Positions 28,192 to 37,861 of a stretch of 64,000 bases of DNA are shown piece after piece. Position numbers and translations under genes: made by a program. The notes beneath the pieces are model-generated. The model was not told where the DNA came from and did no database searches. It worked only from the letters and a program-made list of their open reading frames with translations. Source of the stretch: a virus (Duplodnaviria > Heunggongvirae > Uroviricota > Caudoviricetes); the IMG/VR virus record IMGVR_UViG_3300008114_001632. One strand, 5' to 3'. The first letter of the stretch is position 1. Every line of letters begins with the position of its first letter.

Positions 28192-28517
28192 GTAATAACT
28201 TGTTTCTGCGGTGTGTTACGATAAAGACTAGTACCTCGCTCGCGAATTAGGTCCACAAGATACTGCGGATTGTCTCGAGCAATATCCATTAACTCTTCTT
28301 GCCTAATTGTATCAGTAGCAGTAAACAACCAAATCTCAGGACTACGTTGTGGATTGTATCTAGCTCTCAGCATCATAGCGTTAAGATTAACCGGAGCAGT
28401 TACCGTAGTATTCTTAAGATCAGCTAGAAGCTTTTGGCGCTCGTAGGTAGTGATGTCCCAGATTCCTTCAAATCCAAGACAGTCCCAATAGGCAAGAAAT
28501 TTACGCTCTTTAATCAT
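28188..28517 (-). CDS. hypothetical protein
   Basis: ORF. Confidence 0.35.
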   Translation of the reverse strand: MIKERKFLAYWDCLGFEGIWDITTYERQKLLADLKNTTVTAPVNLNAMMLRARYNPQRSPEIWLFTATDTIRQEELMDIARDNPQYLVDLIRERGTSLYRNTPQKQVIT

Positions 28518-28923
28518 AATGGCTATCTACTAATCTTAACAATGTTTGATATTTTTCCCAAGCAATTCTTACACTTGGATTTTCATGTCGTATGCGAGTT
28601 TCTCGTTCAGCTTGTACTACTAGATTTGATACTCGACTTACGTTGTTATTGAAGAAATTGTTGTCATGTAACCCTGCTTTTGATAACCATTCGTCATGTT
28701 CTAATAGAGCACGGAATCGATCCTCAGGCAGGTGAATTTCTACGCACTTAACTTCATCGTAAGGAATAGCTTGATATATGTTAGGGTCGCTTTCACTCCA
28801 CATCTTATAATCAATACGGCGACTTCTACGATGCATGCGCTTGCTTTCTTGTACATATGCATCATACTTGTGACAGAATTCTTTTATATCATTCATTTTT
28901 ACAACCACCTTAATACGAACCAA
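28510..28923 (-). CDS. hypothetical protein
   Basis: ORF. Confidence 0.35.
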   Translation of the reverse strand: MVRIKVVVKMNDIKEFCHKYDAYVQESKRMHRRSRRIDYKMWSESDPNIYQAIPYDEVKCVEIHLPEDRFRALLEHDEWLSKAGLHDNNFFNNNVSRVSNLVVQAERETRIRHENPSVRIAWEKYQTLLRLVDSHYD

Positions 28924-29138
28924 ACCATATCTTGCTCGTCAGCAAAGCAGAACCTATATTTTTTAGGAGCATCACGGCCGGCCCAAAAGAGACACCAGCG
29001 TCCAGATCGATTACCTATAGCTTCCCATCGAGCTCCAAACTGATCAATGCACCATTTACTGGCAGGTCCGTGTTTATGAGCATCAATTAGAACTTCATGA
29101 TCAAGATGACGATATTCTATCACATCTGTCCGCCCCAT
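28899..29138 (-). CDS. small protein of the FxLRW C-terminal paralog family
   Basis: Ends ...WFVLRWL. Confidence 0.35.
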   Translation of the reverse strand: MGRTDVIEYRHLDHEVLIDAHKHGPASKWCIDQFGARWEAIGNRSGRWCLFWAGRDAPKKYRFCFADEQDMVWFVLRWL

Positions 29139-29521
29139 CGAAGCATAAAAAATGTTACATCTTTTTCATCGATAAAATAGTATGCGTGAATTTCGTCAGT
29201 GATATAACTTGCATCACTTACGTCAGTAACATCATACCAAAAGAAAGTTTTGCAGTTGGCTTGAGCCCATCTTTTAATATCAAGTCCTCGAACACCGTGA
29301 TGATCTTTGGGATCGCTAATAAGAACTCGTATAGCCTTGCTCATTAAATCCTCAGGCGGTTTAATTGAGCTTGGATCCCAAAAGAACACTAGTTCATCCT
29401 CGCTGGCTAGATAGTCTTCAACTGTGATAGGACGCTGTCTTTTCATCCCAGTGTCTTGAATCGTAGATCGTCGCTTGTATTTCATATCCGAGTAATGCGG
29501 TACTAATTCTAATACCAGCAT
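29120..29521 (-). CDS. small protein of the FxLRW C-terminal paralog family
   Basis: Ends ...FFMLRWGGQM. Confidence 0.35.
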   Translation of the reverse strand: MLVLELVPHYSDMKYKRRSTIQDTGMKRQRPITVEDYLASEDELVFFWDPSSIKPPEDLMSKAIRVLISDPKDHHGVRGLDIKRWAQANCKTFFWYDVTDVSDASYITDEIHAYYFIDEKDVTFFMLRWGGQM

Positions 29522-29679
29522 GGTCCTGTCTGTGTGTTAATGAAAATGTAAAAGCAATTAGATCTGCACTTTGTATGACTTCAACTTCCCAGTGCTTGCG
29601 ATCCCAAGGAGTATTACCATGCCAACAGCGAATGTTGCGCCATTTTTTGCTCCACGGATTCCTAATGCTAAAGTGTAAG

Positions 29680-30393
29680 TCAATCATTTTGTAGTTCGCC
29701 GCAAACTCTTTTAATAGTTTCTAAACATATATCGTCAAAGCCTGCGCCTTCCTCAACATCAGTGATAACGCCTAGCAGTTCATATGCTAGGTGTTTACGC
29801 TTTACTTTTTCTTTTTTTTTTGATTTCATCATTGCAGGTTTAGCATTATGAAACTCGCTAAAACTTTCCTTAAATGCATCTGGATCTTTTTTTGCATTAT
29901 CAACAGCATTGCGAATAACATCTTCCATCAGTTCATTAAGTGTAATGTCACGCTCATGTGCCTGCTTCATAAGATCAAACAGCATATCATCGGGCAAGTC
30001 CAACGGAACGCTTACACGAGTGTCGTAATCTTCGCCATCACGAATAGCAAGTCCTTTTTGGATAAAGTCGTCGTCAGCTTCCAAATCAATCCAATTAACA
30101 TCATCCCAGGCTTGATTGCCTAGTACACCACGATCCTCAGATTCACTGTCGTGGATGGTTTTAAACAAAGGGTTGATAATACGATATGCACGTTCGTTTT
30201 TATAATCGCATACTTCTACAGTATATACTGTTTGAGTTCTAGTGTCAAAAACAATATTAAAACTGTAGCCGTCATGATCACCATTCCAAGAACTTAAACT
30301 ATAAGCGTCTGGGCCAAAACACATCCAACCGTAATCCCCGCCTTCGGTGATACGATAATCAACTAATTCCATCCATTCTTTTACTGTAAGCAT
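29680..30393 (-). CDS. acidic hypothetical protein
   Basis: ORF. Confidence 0.4.
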   Translation of the reverse strand: MLTVKEWMELVDYRITEGGDYGWMCFGPDAYSLSSWNGDHDGYSFNIVFDTRTQTVYTVEVCDYKNERAYRIINPLFKTIHDSESEDRGVLGNQAWDDVNWIDLEADDDFIQKGLAIRDGEDYDTRVSVPLDLPDDMLFDLMKQAHERDITLNELMEDVIRNAVDNAKKDPDAFKESFSEFHNAKPAMMKSKKKEKVKRKHLAYELLGVITDVEEGAGFDDICLETIKRVCGELQND

Positions 30394-30447
30394 TTTTGTT
30401 CCTTATTGTTTACTGATGTTTCATTATAAATGATGTTATCTCTTTTG

Positions 30448-30741
30448 TCAAACATCTGTTCGTTCATTCTTTTTTACTAATTCTTGTTCGCATTGTGCAA
30501 TGGAGGCGTCAAGCATAGCAGTTGTGATTTCTTTGGGATTCATTCCAAAATGTAGTTTAATCATGTCTACTCCCTGCCCGCGACTGATCATATCACGCAA
30601 CATGGGATTCAATGCTAGACAACATTCTCGCACAATCAATTCGGCGAACTTTTCTGGGTCAAACCCTATCAACTTCATTGCGGCTTTGTTAATTTCATCG
30701 TAGCCAGCGACTTTGGCTAGGGTCTTAATTCGTTCATTCAT
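30448..30741 (-). CDS. hypothetical protein (MNERI/FAELIVREC paralog A)
   Basis: Shares the MNERI start and KFAELIVREC motif with the next ORF. Confidence 0.4.
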   Translation of the reverse strand: MNERIKTLAKVAGYDEINKAAMKLIGFDPEKFAELIVRECCLALNPMLRDMISRGQGVDMIKLHFGMNPKEITTAMLDASIAQCEQELVKKNERTDV

Positions 30742-30920
30742 TCTTCAACTCCAAAATGCTGTTTAATCTGTGCCCTAGCATCGTCATACCCATGTAGATA
30801 TAAATTAGACATACATTCCCGAACAATCAACTCGGCGAACTTTGTTGAGTTAAACCAAGCAGGTCCATACTGACGAGGCTCCCAACATTGGATTTCAAGT
30901 TCTTGAATTCGTTCGTTCAT
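30738..30920 (-). CDS. hypothetical protein (MNERI/FAELIVREC paralog B)
   Basis: Tandem paralog of the preceding ORF. Confidence 0.35.
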   Translation of the reverse strand: MNERIQELEIQCWEPRQYGPAWFNSTKFAELIVRECMSNLYLHGYDDARAQIKQHFGVEE

Positions 30921-31321
30921 TCTTCAATCGCCCTACGAAAAATAATTTCTTGCCGAGCAAATGCATCCTGTTCCCAGGGCATATCTAAATATTTTGTTTT
31001 GTTGCTATAACGCTTGCCGGCCCACGTATAACCATTTTTGACACTTTTTAGTATGCCCTTGGCCATTTGACGGACATGCACCATTTCATGTGCTAGTGTA
31101 AACCCAATTTCTTTAAGATTACGATGTGGCTTAACTACAACAATATAAGAGTCTAACACGTCAACAGGAATAGTTGATCCCATATTAGCTGTTCCGTCAT
31201 CTTCAATTTGGATTATAACAGCCTTACGACTTGAATCCAAACCAAGTTGTGTAATCAAACTAGGAAGAATAGCTTCTACAAACTTTTTATTTCGTTTACT
31301 ACCGCTGACTTTGAATTCCAT
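30917..31321 (-). CDS. putative zinc metallopeptidase (HEMVH; SprT/Wss1-like)
   Basis: LAHEMVHVRQ HExxH motif; paralog of 37026..37544. Confidence 0.4.
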   Translation of the reverse strand: MEFKVSGSKRNKKFVEAILPSLITQLGLDSSRKAVIIQIEDDGTANMGSTIPVDVLDSYIVVVKPHRNLKEIGFTLAHEMVHVRQMAKGILKSVKNGYTWAGKRYSNKTKYLDMPWEQDAFARQEIIFRRAIEE

Positions 31322-31349
31322 AGGATTCTTTCTGTGTTGCTATTTGTGT

Positions 31350-31378
31350 ATTATAGCACAAAAGAAAAGGGTCGTCAA
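31350..31378 (-). promoter_or_regulatory. promoter TTGACG-17-TATAAT partially embedded in a terminator hairpin
   Basis: Hexamers with 17-nt spacer. Confidence 0.45.
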
Positions 31379-31392
31379 GACCCTTTTCTTTA
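31361..31392. terminator. bidirectional terminator AAGGGTC-GTCA-AGACCCTT
   Basis: Hairpin flanked by A-run and T-run. Confidence 0.6.
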
Positions 31393-31400
31393 TACAGACA

Positions 31401-31595
31401 TTACGTAGTTTTATTTTCGTCTTTCTGCTGTATCATAACGCTGGGGGGATATGATTCAAATGTCCATATCTTTACTGGTTTCCAATATTTATGGATCATA
31501 TTGTTTATAGCGATGGTTCCTGCTACAACAATAACAAATCCTAACATTATTAAAATACTTCCTGCTAAAAATACAGCCGCTTGATTCATATCCAT
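31401..31595 (-). CDS. small membrane protein
   Basis: 64 aa with one TM helix, downstream of the SPFH gene. Confidence 0.35.
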   Translation of the reverse strand: MDMNQAAVFLAGSILIMLGFVIVVAGTIAINNMIHKYWKPVKIWTFESYPPSVMIQQKDENKTT

Positions 31596-31597
31596 AA

Positions 31598-32392
31598 TTA
31601 TTTGTTCATCATTAATGCATTAAAGTTACTGGGCACAACAATGGTCTGTACCTGTCCGTTCTTAATACCTTCACTGATGTTCAACATGGCCTGTGCCTGC
31701 ATGAACTGAATACTTGCACCTGAGTTGTTGGCTAGTGCTGCCATTCTACGGCTTTCGGCTTCAGCAGTCTTAACTTCAACTTCCTTCTGCTTCAATTCGT
31801 TCTTGCTTCGAACCAATGCGTTAGCACTTTCAACAACACTGTCTGCTGGCACAACGTTACGAATCAGCACTTGGCTAATCATAATACTGCCGTCCAACTT
31901 TTCGTCTGCTAGGTTTCGAACAATTTCTTCCTGGATGAACTTTTCCATTTCACCGCGGTTGTCTGCCATATCCAGTGCTTCGTACTTACGTGCGGCCTTG
32001 TAGATAGCATTACGAGCATTCTGAACAATGTAGTTGTACATCACATAGGTGTCGCCTTTGAACTCTGCGTGAAATGCTCTATTCTTTGTAGCGTACAGTT
32101 CAGACACTTGTTGTGGATTGATGTTGTAAACAACCACAGCATCCAAGTCTTTCATTGTTGAGTTGTCTTTGGCCACTGGAGTCATATTCTCTAGTGTAAC
32201 ATTAACATCCTTGATTGGAAATGTTAGCACATCACCAATCAACACTTGATTGAACGAGCCGGGCAACAGCTCACCTGGCTGTACCTGTTTGTCAAATCCA
32301 ACTCGTACACCAACTTCACCAGTTTCGATACGAGTACATCCAGTAGCAAGAACTGCGGCGGCAAGAACTGCAAGAGTAAAAATACGTTTCAT
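31598..32392 (-). CDS. SPFH/band-7 (stomatin/prohibitin-like) lipoprotein
   Basis: LATGC lipobox; SPFH-domain-like region with coiled-coil tail. Confidence 0.6.
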   Translation of the reverse strand: MKRIFTLAVLAAAVLATGCTRIETGEVGVRVGFDKQVQPGELLPGSFNQVLIGDVLTFPIKDVNVTLENMTPVAKDNSTMKDLDAVVVYNINPQQVSELYATKNRAFHAEFKGDTYVMYNYIVQNARNAIYKAARKYEALDMADNRGEMEKFIQEEIVRNLADEKLDGSIMISQVLIRNVVPADSVVESANALVRSKNELKQKEVEVKTAEAESRRMAALANNSGASIQFMQAQAMLNISEGIKNGQVQTIVVPSNFNALMMNK

Positions 32393-32577
32393 TGTGTTTC
32401 CTTAGAATAAAATTACGATTACCATCATCACTAGAACAGCTAGTAATGCGACAATTGTACTGTATGCTACAGTTTTTGTCAAGGCCCATTTCTCTTTTCC
32501 TGACATTGATCTTACAGCAGTAATGCCAAAATAGAAAATAAAAGATAAGATGATAAATGATAGAACAATTTTTGCCA

Positions 32578-33036
32578 TTAGTGATTTTCCTTTGTTAAAT
32601 TTGCAACCAATAAAAATTTTTCAAATGCCTTGCGCACAGCATGATTTGTCATTAATTTGTCTGCCTCTTCCTGCATGGCTTTGACCCCAGCTTCGGCAGC
32701 ATCTCGAGCAGAACCATGTGAAAACATGAAACGAAATTCTTCCGGCACGTCAGAAATAAATTCTTTCCATTTGCGTTGAGTGTGTTCGTCTATCTCTCTG
32801 CTCATTGGGCGTAGTTCTGTAGCTTCCTGTATCTTACGACAGATAGCATCTTCAGCAACACGCCCAGCGGCAATCATAGCCGCATAGTTTGGATCAATGT
32901 TAAAACGTCTACTGCCACCGCCTGGGTAAACGGACACTAAATGATCACCTTTGGGAAACGCATCTAATAGTTCGTTGTCGTATTCTGATACAGCTTCGTA
33001 CTTGCGTCCAATTTTTTTATAGAAAATAACTTTCAT
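32578..33036 (-). CDS. hypothetical protein
   Basis: ORF. Confidence 0.4.
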   Translation of the reverse strand: MKVIFYKKIGRKYEAVSEYDNELLDAFPKGDHLVSVYPGGGSRRFNIDPNYAAMIAAGRVAEDAICRKIQEATELRPMSREIDEHTQRKWKEFISDVPEEFRFMFSHGSARDAAEAGVKAMQEEADKLMTNHAVRKAFEKFLLVANLTKENH

Positions 33037-33300
33037 TTAAGAGACCCACCGTAAAATAAACATTGTAGCATCTTTAGAATCTTGAAACAACCACACTAAG
33101 CCCATTGTCTCAAAAGGTCCTTTGACATTTTTCTCAACCCAAGTGTCAAGAACTTGCCCTGTTTCTTGTGTCATTGGTTTGAGCACAATTTTAGTCCAAC
33201 CTAATTCAATCAACATTTCGGATAAGATATGAAAGTCTATCTCGTCGGACATTCGCTTACCAGCCCGATTAATGATATCTTGTTCTATGTTCATGTCCAC
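33037..33300 (-). CDS. small protein of the FxLRW family
   Basis: Ends FILRWVS. Confidence 0.35.
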   Translation of the reverse strand: MDMNIEQDIINRAGKRMSDEIDFHILSEMLIELGWTKIVLKPMTQETGQVLDTWVEKNVKGPFETMGLVWLFQDSKDATMFILRWVS

Positions 33301-33536
33301 TTTAATATAAAATGCGTTAGAGTTTTGTCATCTGATATTTCAACTGTCATACCCTGCGTTTGTGCTTTTGGATTATGTCTGCACCATTCTACAAGAGCAT
33401 CAGCATGTTCTATCCAGTATGCTAAATCAGTTAAAACTATTATGTGTTTTTCTGTACCGGTAAGAGAAGAATCGGCCACTATGAACCGATTCTTCTTCCA
33501 GTCAGCAAAGATATCTTCGCTCACGTTAGACTTCAA
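33291..33536 (-). CDS. small protein of the FxLRW family
   Basis: Ends FILKWT. Confidence 0.35.
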   Translation of the reverse strand: MKSNVSEDIFADWKKNRFIVADSSLTGTEKHIIVLTDLAYWIEHADALVEWCRHNPKAQTQGMTVEISDDKTLTHFILKWT

Positions 33537-34383
33537 TTATGATGTTTGGATTCCAACCTGTGTCTTCGCTGTAACCATCGTTTTCATAACCACGTGGGTT
33601 ACACACAATTCGTGTTTCGCCAATCATATAATCAAACGGATGATGAGTATGTCCGTGTGTCCACAGTTTGACTTGTGGATGATCCAAAATGAACTCACTC
33701 AAATCACTGTGATATGCACCGTTCATCAAAAACTCACTTGCATATGTAGGGTGTATGCTTTGCAAACTAGGACTATGATGTCCAACTACTACACAGCGTT
33801 TGTCTTTGTGTTCGCTAAGAATATGCTTAACATACTGAAGCGTTTCACGGTGACGAATAACTGTGTCAGCAGGTTTTAACGGAGTGAATCCTCTTTCATC
33901 GTTTTTAATGATGCGGAAATCGTTCATCATATCACGCACAGCATGCAGAGTCAACGGATCATGCTTGTTCATGTCAGTCCACAAAGTTCCGCCGACAAAC
34001 ACAACATCGTCAATAACTTTAACATCACGCTCTAAGAAGTAGACATTAGGAAACTTAGCACACTCATCTCTGAGGTACTGAATACCTTTAACCCACTTGC
34101 CATGATAGAACTCATGATTACCTGCAATATAGATTACATGTGGAAACAAGTTGCTCATCCGCTTTAAGAAATCACGGAAGGTGGCTACTCGTTGTTGCTT
34201 GCGACCAAGGTCAGCAAACGCACCATGACTATAAGGATTGAAATCAAAGTTTGGATGGTCGTGCAGATCCTCAGCAACCATAATGTCGCCTGAGAGAATC
34301 AGAACATCAGCATTGTCTGCGTTCTTAATATCGTAGCAATCAGAAAACTCTAAATGCAGATCTGATACAACTGTAATTTTCAT
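33526..34383 (-). CDS. calcineurin-like metallophosphoesterase
   Basis: VSDLHLE, GD, GNHEFY motifs. Confidence 0.7.
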   Translation of the reverse strand: MKITVVSDLHLEFSDCYDIKNADNADVLILSGDIMVAEDLHDHPNFDFNPYSHGAFADLGRKQQRVATFRDFLKRMSNLFPHVIYIAGNHEFYHGKWVKGIQYLRDECAKFPNVYFLERDVKVIDDVVFVGGTLWTDMNKHDPLTLHAVRDMMNDFRIIKNDERGFTPLKPADTVIRHRETLQYVKHILSEHKDKRCVVVGHHSPSLQSIHPTYASEFLMNGAYHSDLSEFILDHPQVKLWTHGHTHHPFDYMIGETRIVCNPRGYENDGYSEDTGWNPNIIIEV

Positions 34384-34385
34384 TG

Positions 34386-35210
34386 TTATACTTTATATAA
34401 TTTAACGTGATTAAGCCTAGTCTCAGGAACTTCAAAAGTTCTATTTTTTCCGTGTCCTTTAACTTTGGCTTTAAACTTCTTTCTTTCGTCAACTGCGTGT
34501 TCGTACTTGTTCATAAAGCTAACTAGGTTACCCATATAGTCAGCAACATAGTTATAGCTCTGCCATTGCTCTGAATAGAATCGGCTAAGAATCTTCATTA
34601 CACCTTCAATGGAATCGCCTTCTTTGCCTATGTCTTGACTAGCATGATATTCTGTACGCAACAGCTTCTTAAATTTATTTTCTTCAACTTCGCGCTTTAC
34701 CAATTCTGGAACATAGGATAAGACACCTAGTTTTCCGCCGTCCACTTCGTCCAAATTAACTGCATCAAATACATCTTTCTGGAAGCCAGTGAGTTGATTG
34801 CCAATAACACCTAGAGTATAGCGTCTAAAATGTTTAAGAGCAATGTCTACATTTTCATAGTCATCTTCTGTTACTGTTAACGGAATATGGTCTGGTGGAA
34901 TCCACTGCGAAGGTTCAGCGTAATGAAATTTTACCAGTTCTTTATTTGCAAAACGAGTCTTGTTCTCAGGTTCGTTAAAACGTTCAGTAACTTTAACATA
35001 GCCACTGTTTCTAGCCTGAGCCGCAAATGCCACAGCTAGTACTTCCTGAGTTTTGAACATTTTTTTCTTTAGGGGCTGTACTCGAGTCTTAGGCCTAGTA
35101 AGAGCTTCGTCTTCTTCGTCAGCAAGCTCGTAAGCCATTTCCATATACTTGAATTGTTTTTTGCTCATTGCGCCCCAATCAAGATCGTTTGGGTCAGGAA
35201 GTTTGCTCAT
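34386..35210 (-). CDS. hypothetical protein
   Basis: ORF. Confidence 0.4.
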   Translation of the reverse strand: MSKLPDPNDLDWGAMSKKQFKYMEMAYELADEEDEALTRPKTRVQPLKKKMFKTQEVLAVAFAAQARNSGYVKVTERFNEPENKTRFANKELVKFHYAEPSQWIPPDHIPLTVTEDDYENVDIALKHFRRYTLGVIGNQLTGFQKDVFDAVNLDEVDGGKLGVLSYVPELVKREVEENKFKKLLRTEYHASQDIGKEGDSIEGVMKILSRFYSEQWQSYNYVADYMGNLVSFMNKYEHAVDERKKFKAKVKGHGKNRTFEVPETRLNHVKLYKV

Positions 35211-35242
35211 AGTATGCCTCTCAATGCCTAAGTAATGTGTAT

Positions 35243-35271
35243 ATTATATACTCAAATATGTTAGCTGTCAA
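35243..35271 (-). promoter_or_regulatory. sigma70 consensus promoter TTGACA-17-TATAAT (minus)
   Basis: Exact hexamers. Confidence 0.6.
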
Positions 35272-35272
35272 G

Positions 35273-35767
35273 TTATTTTTTGAAAAGATTGCCCACTGTT
35301 GGACTTACTGCTTCCCACATGTTTTTGGTAAAGTTTCTTTTCATAAAATTTTGGATAGCACTAATGTACTGCAAATTATTTGGATGATTAATTTGTTCAT
35401 CAGTCCAGCCCAATTGTTTAGCTTCGTCTCGACTAACAATATGATCATGCTGAGGTTCGTGAAACAGTTTATCAATGCCATCTTCTTTAACTACTTTGTT
35501 TTCACCTTTACCAAAGTCAAACAATCTGTAAACACCAACTCCGTCCGTCCAACCGTCTAGAGTTTTAGCATACATCAGCTGAGCCTCTGCATCTGACCAA
35601 CGATACTTGAGTCTAAGATCTTGAACTTTGACCCATTTAAGATCTTTGCGTTTTGCAAATTCAGAATAAATTCTGTCGCTGATGTATGTAGCTTCACACA
35701 ACCCTTTGAAGGGATTCTGCTTGCGTTCCTCAATCAGAGCATTGACTTTTGTATAGTCATTGCACAT
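35273..35767 (-). CDS. HNH endonuclease-like protein
   Basis: EPQHDHIVS...N..N HNH-like motif. Confidence 0.4.
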   Translation of the reverse strand: MCNDYTKVNALIEERKQNPFKGLCEATYISDRIYSEFAKRKDLKWVKVQDLRLKYRWSDAEAQLMYAKTLDGWTDGVGVYRLFDFGKGENKVVKEDGIDKLFHEPQHDHIVSRDEAKQLGWTDEQINHPNNLQYISAIQNFMKRNFTKNMWEAVSPTVGNLFKK

Positions 35768-36966
35768 TAAACAAGGTCCAATTCAAACTCAAACTTTTCT
35801 TCAGTCCACTGTGGCTCATTCCAGTTCCAGGTTACAGGGCCACCGTAGGCTTCGCAGAGCTGTCGAATACCTTCAGCAATCACCATAGGCTCAAAACGGA
35901 TAGAATTGATTTCGTTATCTTCTTTGCACTTCTTTTTAATTTGATCGTGCAGTTTGTTACCATGATTGTCTTTGGGCAACCAAGTTTTAATTGCCTGCTG
36001 AATAGCATAGTCCATTAGCATAGGATTAATAGTGTTATCCTGCGCTTTAAGAAACTCCATCAGCCCCCAGCTATTAGCAGTTTGAAATGTGCTGGTAGGG
36101 AACATCACAGCATTTAGCTCAATAGCACGAGTAGAAATGCTAGGGCCGTAGTCTTTCCAGTACTTGACCATGTTACCAATACCTGTTAGCACCTTGCTGT
36201 TAATGCTTACTTCTTTGTCACCCTTTTCAACTACAATAATATCGTTGCGTTGAAACACATCATTCATGTCCATGCATAGTTGGTCTTCAGGATCAACAGA
36301 GAACTTAGCCTGTACGCTTGCTTCGCCTCGTTGCACACGAATACGAAACTTGTCAAAGTCAGAACATTGCAGACTATTAATATTGATAGCCGCATATTGT
36401 TGAACGTCCCAGTATTCGTCGTCACTTAGGATGTAGTTAAGAGGAACTTCTTCAATTCCAAAAAACATACATGCTAGTGTACGGTGTTGGGCATCATTAA
36501 CAAAGATGCGTCCTTGCGAATCTTTTCGCCCCACACCTGGAAATACTAGTCCGGGTTCAAATTGAAACACTAGATCAACAAGAATGTGTTTCAGAAAAAT
36601 ATCTCTTTGTTTTTCTGCGTTCTTGTATAGTTCTTCAACTTTAGTTAGCCCGCCAAAGTAATTTAATGGTGGAGTATTATGAATACTGCTTGCATTCAGT
36701 AGACTGTTTAATTCGGGCAAGTCAATTCCACGCAACGGATTGTTTGATCCAAGATTTGATAGCACACGGAAGCACTCCACTAACATGTCTTCAAAGCTAG
36801 GAGTTTTACCTAGTCTACGAGTACTAATATAAACGGGGATGTGTTTGATACGCTCTTCTTTTTCTTTGAAAGAGAGCGAGTTCCATTGAACGCGATCTTT
36901 TTTGGGACCAAGTAGTTTGAAAAGATCTTGTCCAAAAAGATCAGTTACTTTTTTTGGGTAAGCCAT
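35767..36966 (-). CDS. ParB/DGQHR-like nuclease-domain protein
   Basis: VNDAQHRTLA motif (DGQHR-like). Confidence 0.4.
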   Translation of the reverse strand: MAYPKKVTDLFGQDLFKLLGPKKDRVQWNSLSFKEKEERIKHIPVYISTRRLGKTPSFEDMLVECFRVLSNLGSNNPLRGIDLPELNSLLNASSIHNTPPLNYFGGLTKVEELYKNAEKQRDIFLKHILVDLVFQFEPGLVFPGVGRKDSQGRIFVNDAQHRTLACMFFGIEEVPLNYILSDDEYWDVQQYAAININSLQCSDFDKFRIRVQRGEASVQAKFSVDPEDQLCMDMNDVFQRNDIIVVEKGDKEVSINSKVLTGIGNMVKYWKDYGPSISTRAIELNAVMFPTSTFQTANSWGLMEFLKAQDNTINPMLMDYAIQQAIKTWLPKDNHGNKLHDQIKKKCKEDNEINSIRFEPMVIAEGIRQLCEAYGGPVTWNWNEPQWTEEKFEFELDLV

Positions 36967-37000
36967 GTGTTGCCTTTAGTAGTTGCCTATAACAGTACAT

Positions 37001-37029
37001 ATTATAGTATCAATCTAAACGGCAGTCAA
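37001..37029 (-). promoter_or_regulatory. promoter TTGACT-17-TATAAT (minus)
   Basis: Hexamers with 17-nt spacer. Confidence 0.5.
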
Positions 37030-37544
37030 CCTTTAATATATTCTATCTCTTCAGAAGTTATATCGTCGTCTACGTGACGTGTGTCAAAAATGATGTTTTT
37101 GGTATGACCTCTAGAATCGATCCATCTGGTATACAATCCGGGTTCACGTCCAAATGCTTCAATTTCCCACGGACTATCCCAATAGTCAAATTCGTCTGGG
37201 TAAAGTGTGCCTTGGAATTTGGTAAAACGGGCAGGACGGCTCATGTATTTCATTTCACCTGTTGCATACTGTTTTACATGTACCATTTCATGGCATATGG
37301 TTCTAAGTTTTTTGCTTAATTTTAATGAGTTGTTAACTCTAATAAGGAACTCTTTTGGGCGGGATTCTTCATCAACATACTCGCAATCGCCATCATACTG
37401 ATTGTCAAGATCTTTAATAAATTCTATACGGATCAACAAACCGTCTGCAAGGCGCTTGCTCATGAGCATTTCTGCGCAGAAGCGAGTCAAATCCTTAACG
37501 ATTTTTTGGGTTTTTCGTGTACTTCCTTTGGTGTAGATCTGCAT
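37026..37544 (-). CDS. putative zinc metallopeptidase (HEMVH) paralog
   Basis: ICHEMVHVKQ and PWEIEAFGRE match 30917..31321. Confidence 0.4.
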   Translation of the reverse strand: MQIYTKGSTRKTQKIVKDLTRFCAEMLMSKRLADGLLIRIEFIKDLDNQYDGDCEYVDEESRPKEFLIRVNNSLKLSKKLRTICHEMVHVKQYATGEMKYMSRPARFTKFQGTLYPDEFDYWDSPWEIEAFGREPGLYTRWIDSRGHTKNIIFDTRHVDDDITSEEIEYIKG

Positions 37545-37639
37545 GGTACTTCTCCAAAACAGTAGAACTATTCACTACTGTATTTACACTTTACACGAAA
37601 AAAATTAACAGTCAAGTTTATCGGAGTTAAAACCCAATA

Positions 37640-37861
37640 TTATATACGGAATGAAATACGTCCTTTGGATAGATCGTATGAGCTCATTTCTACTTTTACA
37701 CGATCTCCTGCTACTAATCGGATTTTGTTTTGACGCATACGTCCGCTGGTGTAGCAGACAATCATGCTTTTGTTCACATCTAATAGTACGTTAAATGTTT
37801 GATTTGGTAAAACCTCTACTATTTCGCCCTCAACTTCTAGTAGATCGTCATTCTTTGGCAT
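37640..37861 (-). CDS. infA: translation initiation factor IF-1
   Basis: S1-like fold; [30 protein letters not shown] closely matches bacterial InfA. Confidence 0.85.
   Translation of the reverse strand: [73 protein letters not shown]

Noticed and set aside
29418-29687. ORF 29418..29687 (-)
   Set aside because: It overlaps two better-supported genes (29120..29521 and 29680..30393) in another frame.
35237-35560. Plus-strand ORF 35237..35560
   Set aside because: It overlaps the HNH-like minus gene and sits on top of the exact consensus minus promoter. It has no RBS.
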